Shown here in pieces: positions 62,465 through 64,000 of a stretch of 64,000 nucleotides of DNA (the stretch's first letter is position 1; each line of letters begins with the position of its first letter). A model generated the notes under the pieces. That model made no database searches, was not told where the DNA came from, and saw only the letters and a program-made list of their open reading frames with translations. The stretch spans positions 903-64,902 of the forward strand of contig CAVRQG010000036.1 in the NCBI GenBank assembly GCA_963723215.1, written 5' to 3'. Position numbers and translations under genes: made by a program. Source of the stretch: an uncultured delta proteobacterium (GTDB taxonomy: Bacteria > Desulfobacterota > Desulfobacteria > Desulfobacterales > JAFDCJ01).

Positions 62465-62812
62465 ATGAAGACTTTTTACTCGGCTGAAGACATTGAAAAC
62501 TTTGCCAATCAAGGCCAAAAGGAGATCTGCGTTGATCAAAGCGTGGTTCTGACGGACCTGGCAAAACAAACCGCTCACATGCTGGGCATCCGTATAACGG
62601 AAAAACCGTTAAGGGTATCGACAGGTAATTTCATCTTTGCGCGTCCCCGAGCCGTCGGCAAGACACCGGTGTTTAACGGCAAACCCAAGGGATGCCAGAG
62701 ACCGCCGGCACACAAACCGGTACGGGCGTCCGGCGCTCCGGCCGGGAAATCCCAGCCGATTGTGGAAAAATTGGTCGAAAAGGTGAAACGGATCAGCGGC
62801 CATAACGGATAA
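62465..62812 (+). CDS. BMC-associated small protein with a probable C-terminal encapsulation peptide
   Basis: FYSAEDI...VLTDLAKQTAHMLGIRI N-domain, Pro/Ala linker, amphipathic IVEKLVEKVKRI; AAGGAG RBS. Confidence 0.7.
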   Translation: MKTFYSAEDIENFANQGQKEICVDQSVVLTDLAKQTAHMLGIRITEKPLRVSTGNFIFARPRAVGKTPVFNGKPKGCQRPPAHKPVRASGAPAGKSQPIVEKLVEKVKRISGHNG

Positions 62813-62943
62813 GGATAGGAAGAAATATTTGTTATTGGTTATTAGTTATCGGTTCTTAGAGATTAAGGAACCACACAAAAGTTATTAACAATTAACATCT
62901 CATTGAGCGGCTTCCCGCTCAATCAGAGAAAATGAGGTCATCC

Positions 62944-63234
62944 ATGATAATCGCTAGGGTTATGGGAACGGCAGTGGCATCCGCCAAGCATCCGGCGCTG
63001 CACTCGACAAAAATATTGGTCATCTGCCCGACCAACATAGATGGAGACATCAGCGGAGATCCTGCACTGGCAGTCGATCTGGTTGGTTCAGGGCAAGGTG
63101 AACTGGTTATTGTCAGCCAGGGCAGTTCGGCCCGTTTGGCCACGGATTACAAGAATTCACCGGTGGATGCCGCGATTGTCGGTATTTTGGATTCGCTCCA
63201 ATACGATGAGAAAATTAGATTTAGAAAGGAATAA
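62944..63234 (+). CDS. BMC-P pentameric vertex protein (EutN/CcmL family)
   Basis: MIIARVMGTAVASAKH...AVDLVGSGQGELV...GSSAR...PVDAAIVGILD. Confidence 0.96.
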   Translation: MIIARVMGTAVASAKHPALHSTKILVICPTNIDGDISGDPALAVDLVGSGQGELVIVSQGSSARLATDYKNSPVDAAIVGILDSLQYDEKIRFRKE

Positions 63235-63259
63235 ATCATGGTTAAAAAGAGCCAAGAAA

Positions 63260-63574
63260 ATGAAAACTCTCAGAACGACTAGGGCCTTGGATCCCGAAAT
63301 GAGGGCCCTGGGAATGATTGAAACCAGAGGTTTGGTGGCCTGTATTGAGGCAGCGGATGCAATGGCCAAAGCCGCCAATATCGCCCTGACGGAGCGGCGA
63401 GCCATCGGCGGCGGATACATGACGATTATGGTAAGGGGTGATGTGGGGGCCGTGCGAACTGCCCTTGAAGCCGGCGCCAAAGCGGCCAAACTTGTCGGCG
63501 AAGTTGAATCTGTAAAATTGTTACCCAACCCCAATCTTTTAGTGGAAGATATTCTTCCCAATATGATTGCCTAA
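63260..63574 (+). CDS. BMC-H hexameric shell protein
   Basis: ALGMIETRGLVACIEAADAMAKAANI...IGGG...VRGDVGAVRTALEAG. Confidence 0.95.
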   Translation: MKTLRTTRALDPEMRALGMIETRGLVACIEAADAMAKAANIALTERRAIGGGYMTIMVRGDVGAVRTALEAGAKAAKLVGEVESVKLLPNPNLLVEDILPNMIA

Positions 63575-63688
63575 ATTATTTTTATGCCCTCCAGGCGAAT
63601 CTACAACTTTTTATAACAAAGCATTTTTGCTTTGTGTCTTTGCGCCTTGGTGGCAATTTTTCCGGATTATCCGGGTTAGGATTGACAA

Positions 63689-64000
63689 ATGAATACCCGT
63701 CCTAAAGTTACCGTGGCATCGCTTCAGCAGAAAAAAAGTAGTCATCGAAAAATAACCCTGCTGACTGCTTATGATTTTCCAATGGCCTCGTTTTTGGATC
63801 AGGCCGGGATCGATATTGTTCTAGTAAGTGATGCCGTGGGAACCATCGGTAACGGCCGACCCGAGGCATTTTCGGTCACGGTCGATGAAATGGTCTACCA
63901 CACCCGGGCGGTAAAAAATGGGGCCAAATCCGCCCTGGTTGTGACAACCTTGCCTTACGGTTCATACAACGGTGTCAGCGAAGCGGTCGGCAACGCCACC
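63689..64000 (+). CDS. PanB (ketopantoate hydroxymethyltransferase)-like protein, divergent, 3'-truncated by window
   Basis: Hand translation: MNTRPKVTVASLQQKK...ITLLTAYDFPMASFLDQAGIDIVLVSDAVG...VTVDEMVYHTRAV...ALVVTTLPYGSY; absent from the ORF track. Confidence 0.88.
   Translation, partial: MNTRPKVTVASLQQKKSSHRKITLLTAYDFPMASFLDQAGIDIVLVSDAVGTIGNGRPEAFSVTVDEMVYHTRAVKNGAKSALVVTTLPYGSYNGVSEAVGNAT

Noticed and set aside
60219-63574. Carboxysome, PDU or EUT microcompartment
   Set aside because: No RuBisCO, diol dehydratase, ethanolamine ammonia-lyase or glycyl-radical enzyme in the visible part

Overview
Bacterial chromosomal window of roughly 50% GC. Gene content and intergenic repeats suggest an anaerobic Desulfobacterota/Desulfobacterales-like organism (inference). 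Left to right it holds: the end of lpdA; a COG0720 pterin enzyme; a TRAP transporter with a 2-oxoacid/acetoin dehydrogenase E1 pair; a sugar ABC system with an FGGY kinase; a liv-type ABC system with duplicated binding proteins; Lrp-gcvH-gcvPA-gcvPB-lipB-lipA-alr-hydrolase-serB with no gcvT; an AT-rich, gene-poor stretch with a decayed tyrosine integrase and an adenylate cyclase-TPR gene; hup, dksA, a DEAD helicase and pyrE/pyrC; an lsrF-oxidoreductase-GntR block; a divergent glpAB versus membrane Fe-S/HdrB-like locus; and an MFS-HEAT fusion. The most notable feature is a bacterial microcompartment locus at 54.8-64 kb that runs off the window. It has two BMC-H, one BMC-T and one BMC-P shell gene, a UlaD/HPS-family enzyme with an extra C-terminal domain, and a PanB-like enzyme with altered active-site residues. 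An RpiR regulator sits upstream, divergent from a TRAP transporter and a LarA-family protein. Many genes carry small frameshifts, most resolving as single-base insertions, that look like long-read assembly errors. No tRNA, rRNA or CRISPR array was recognised.
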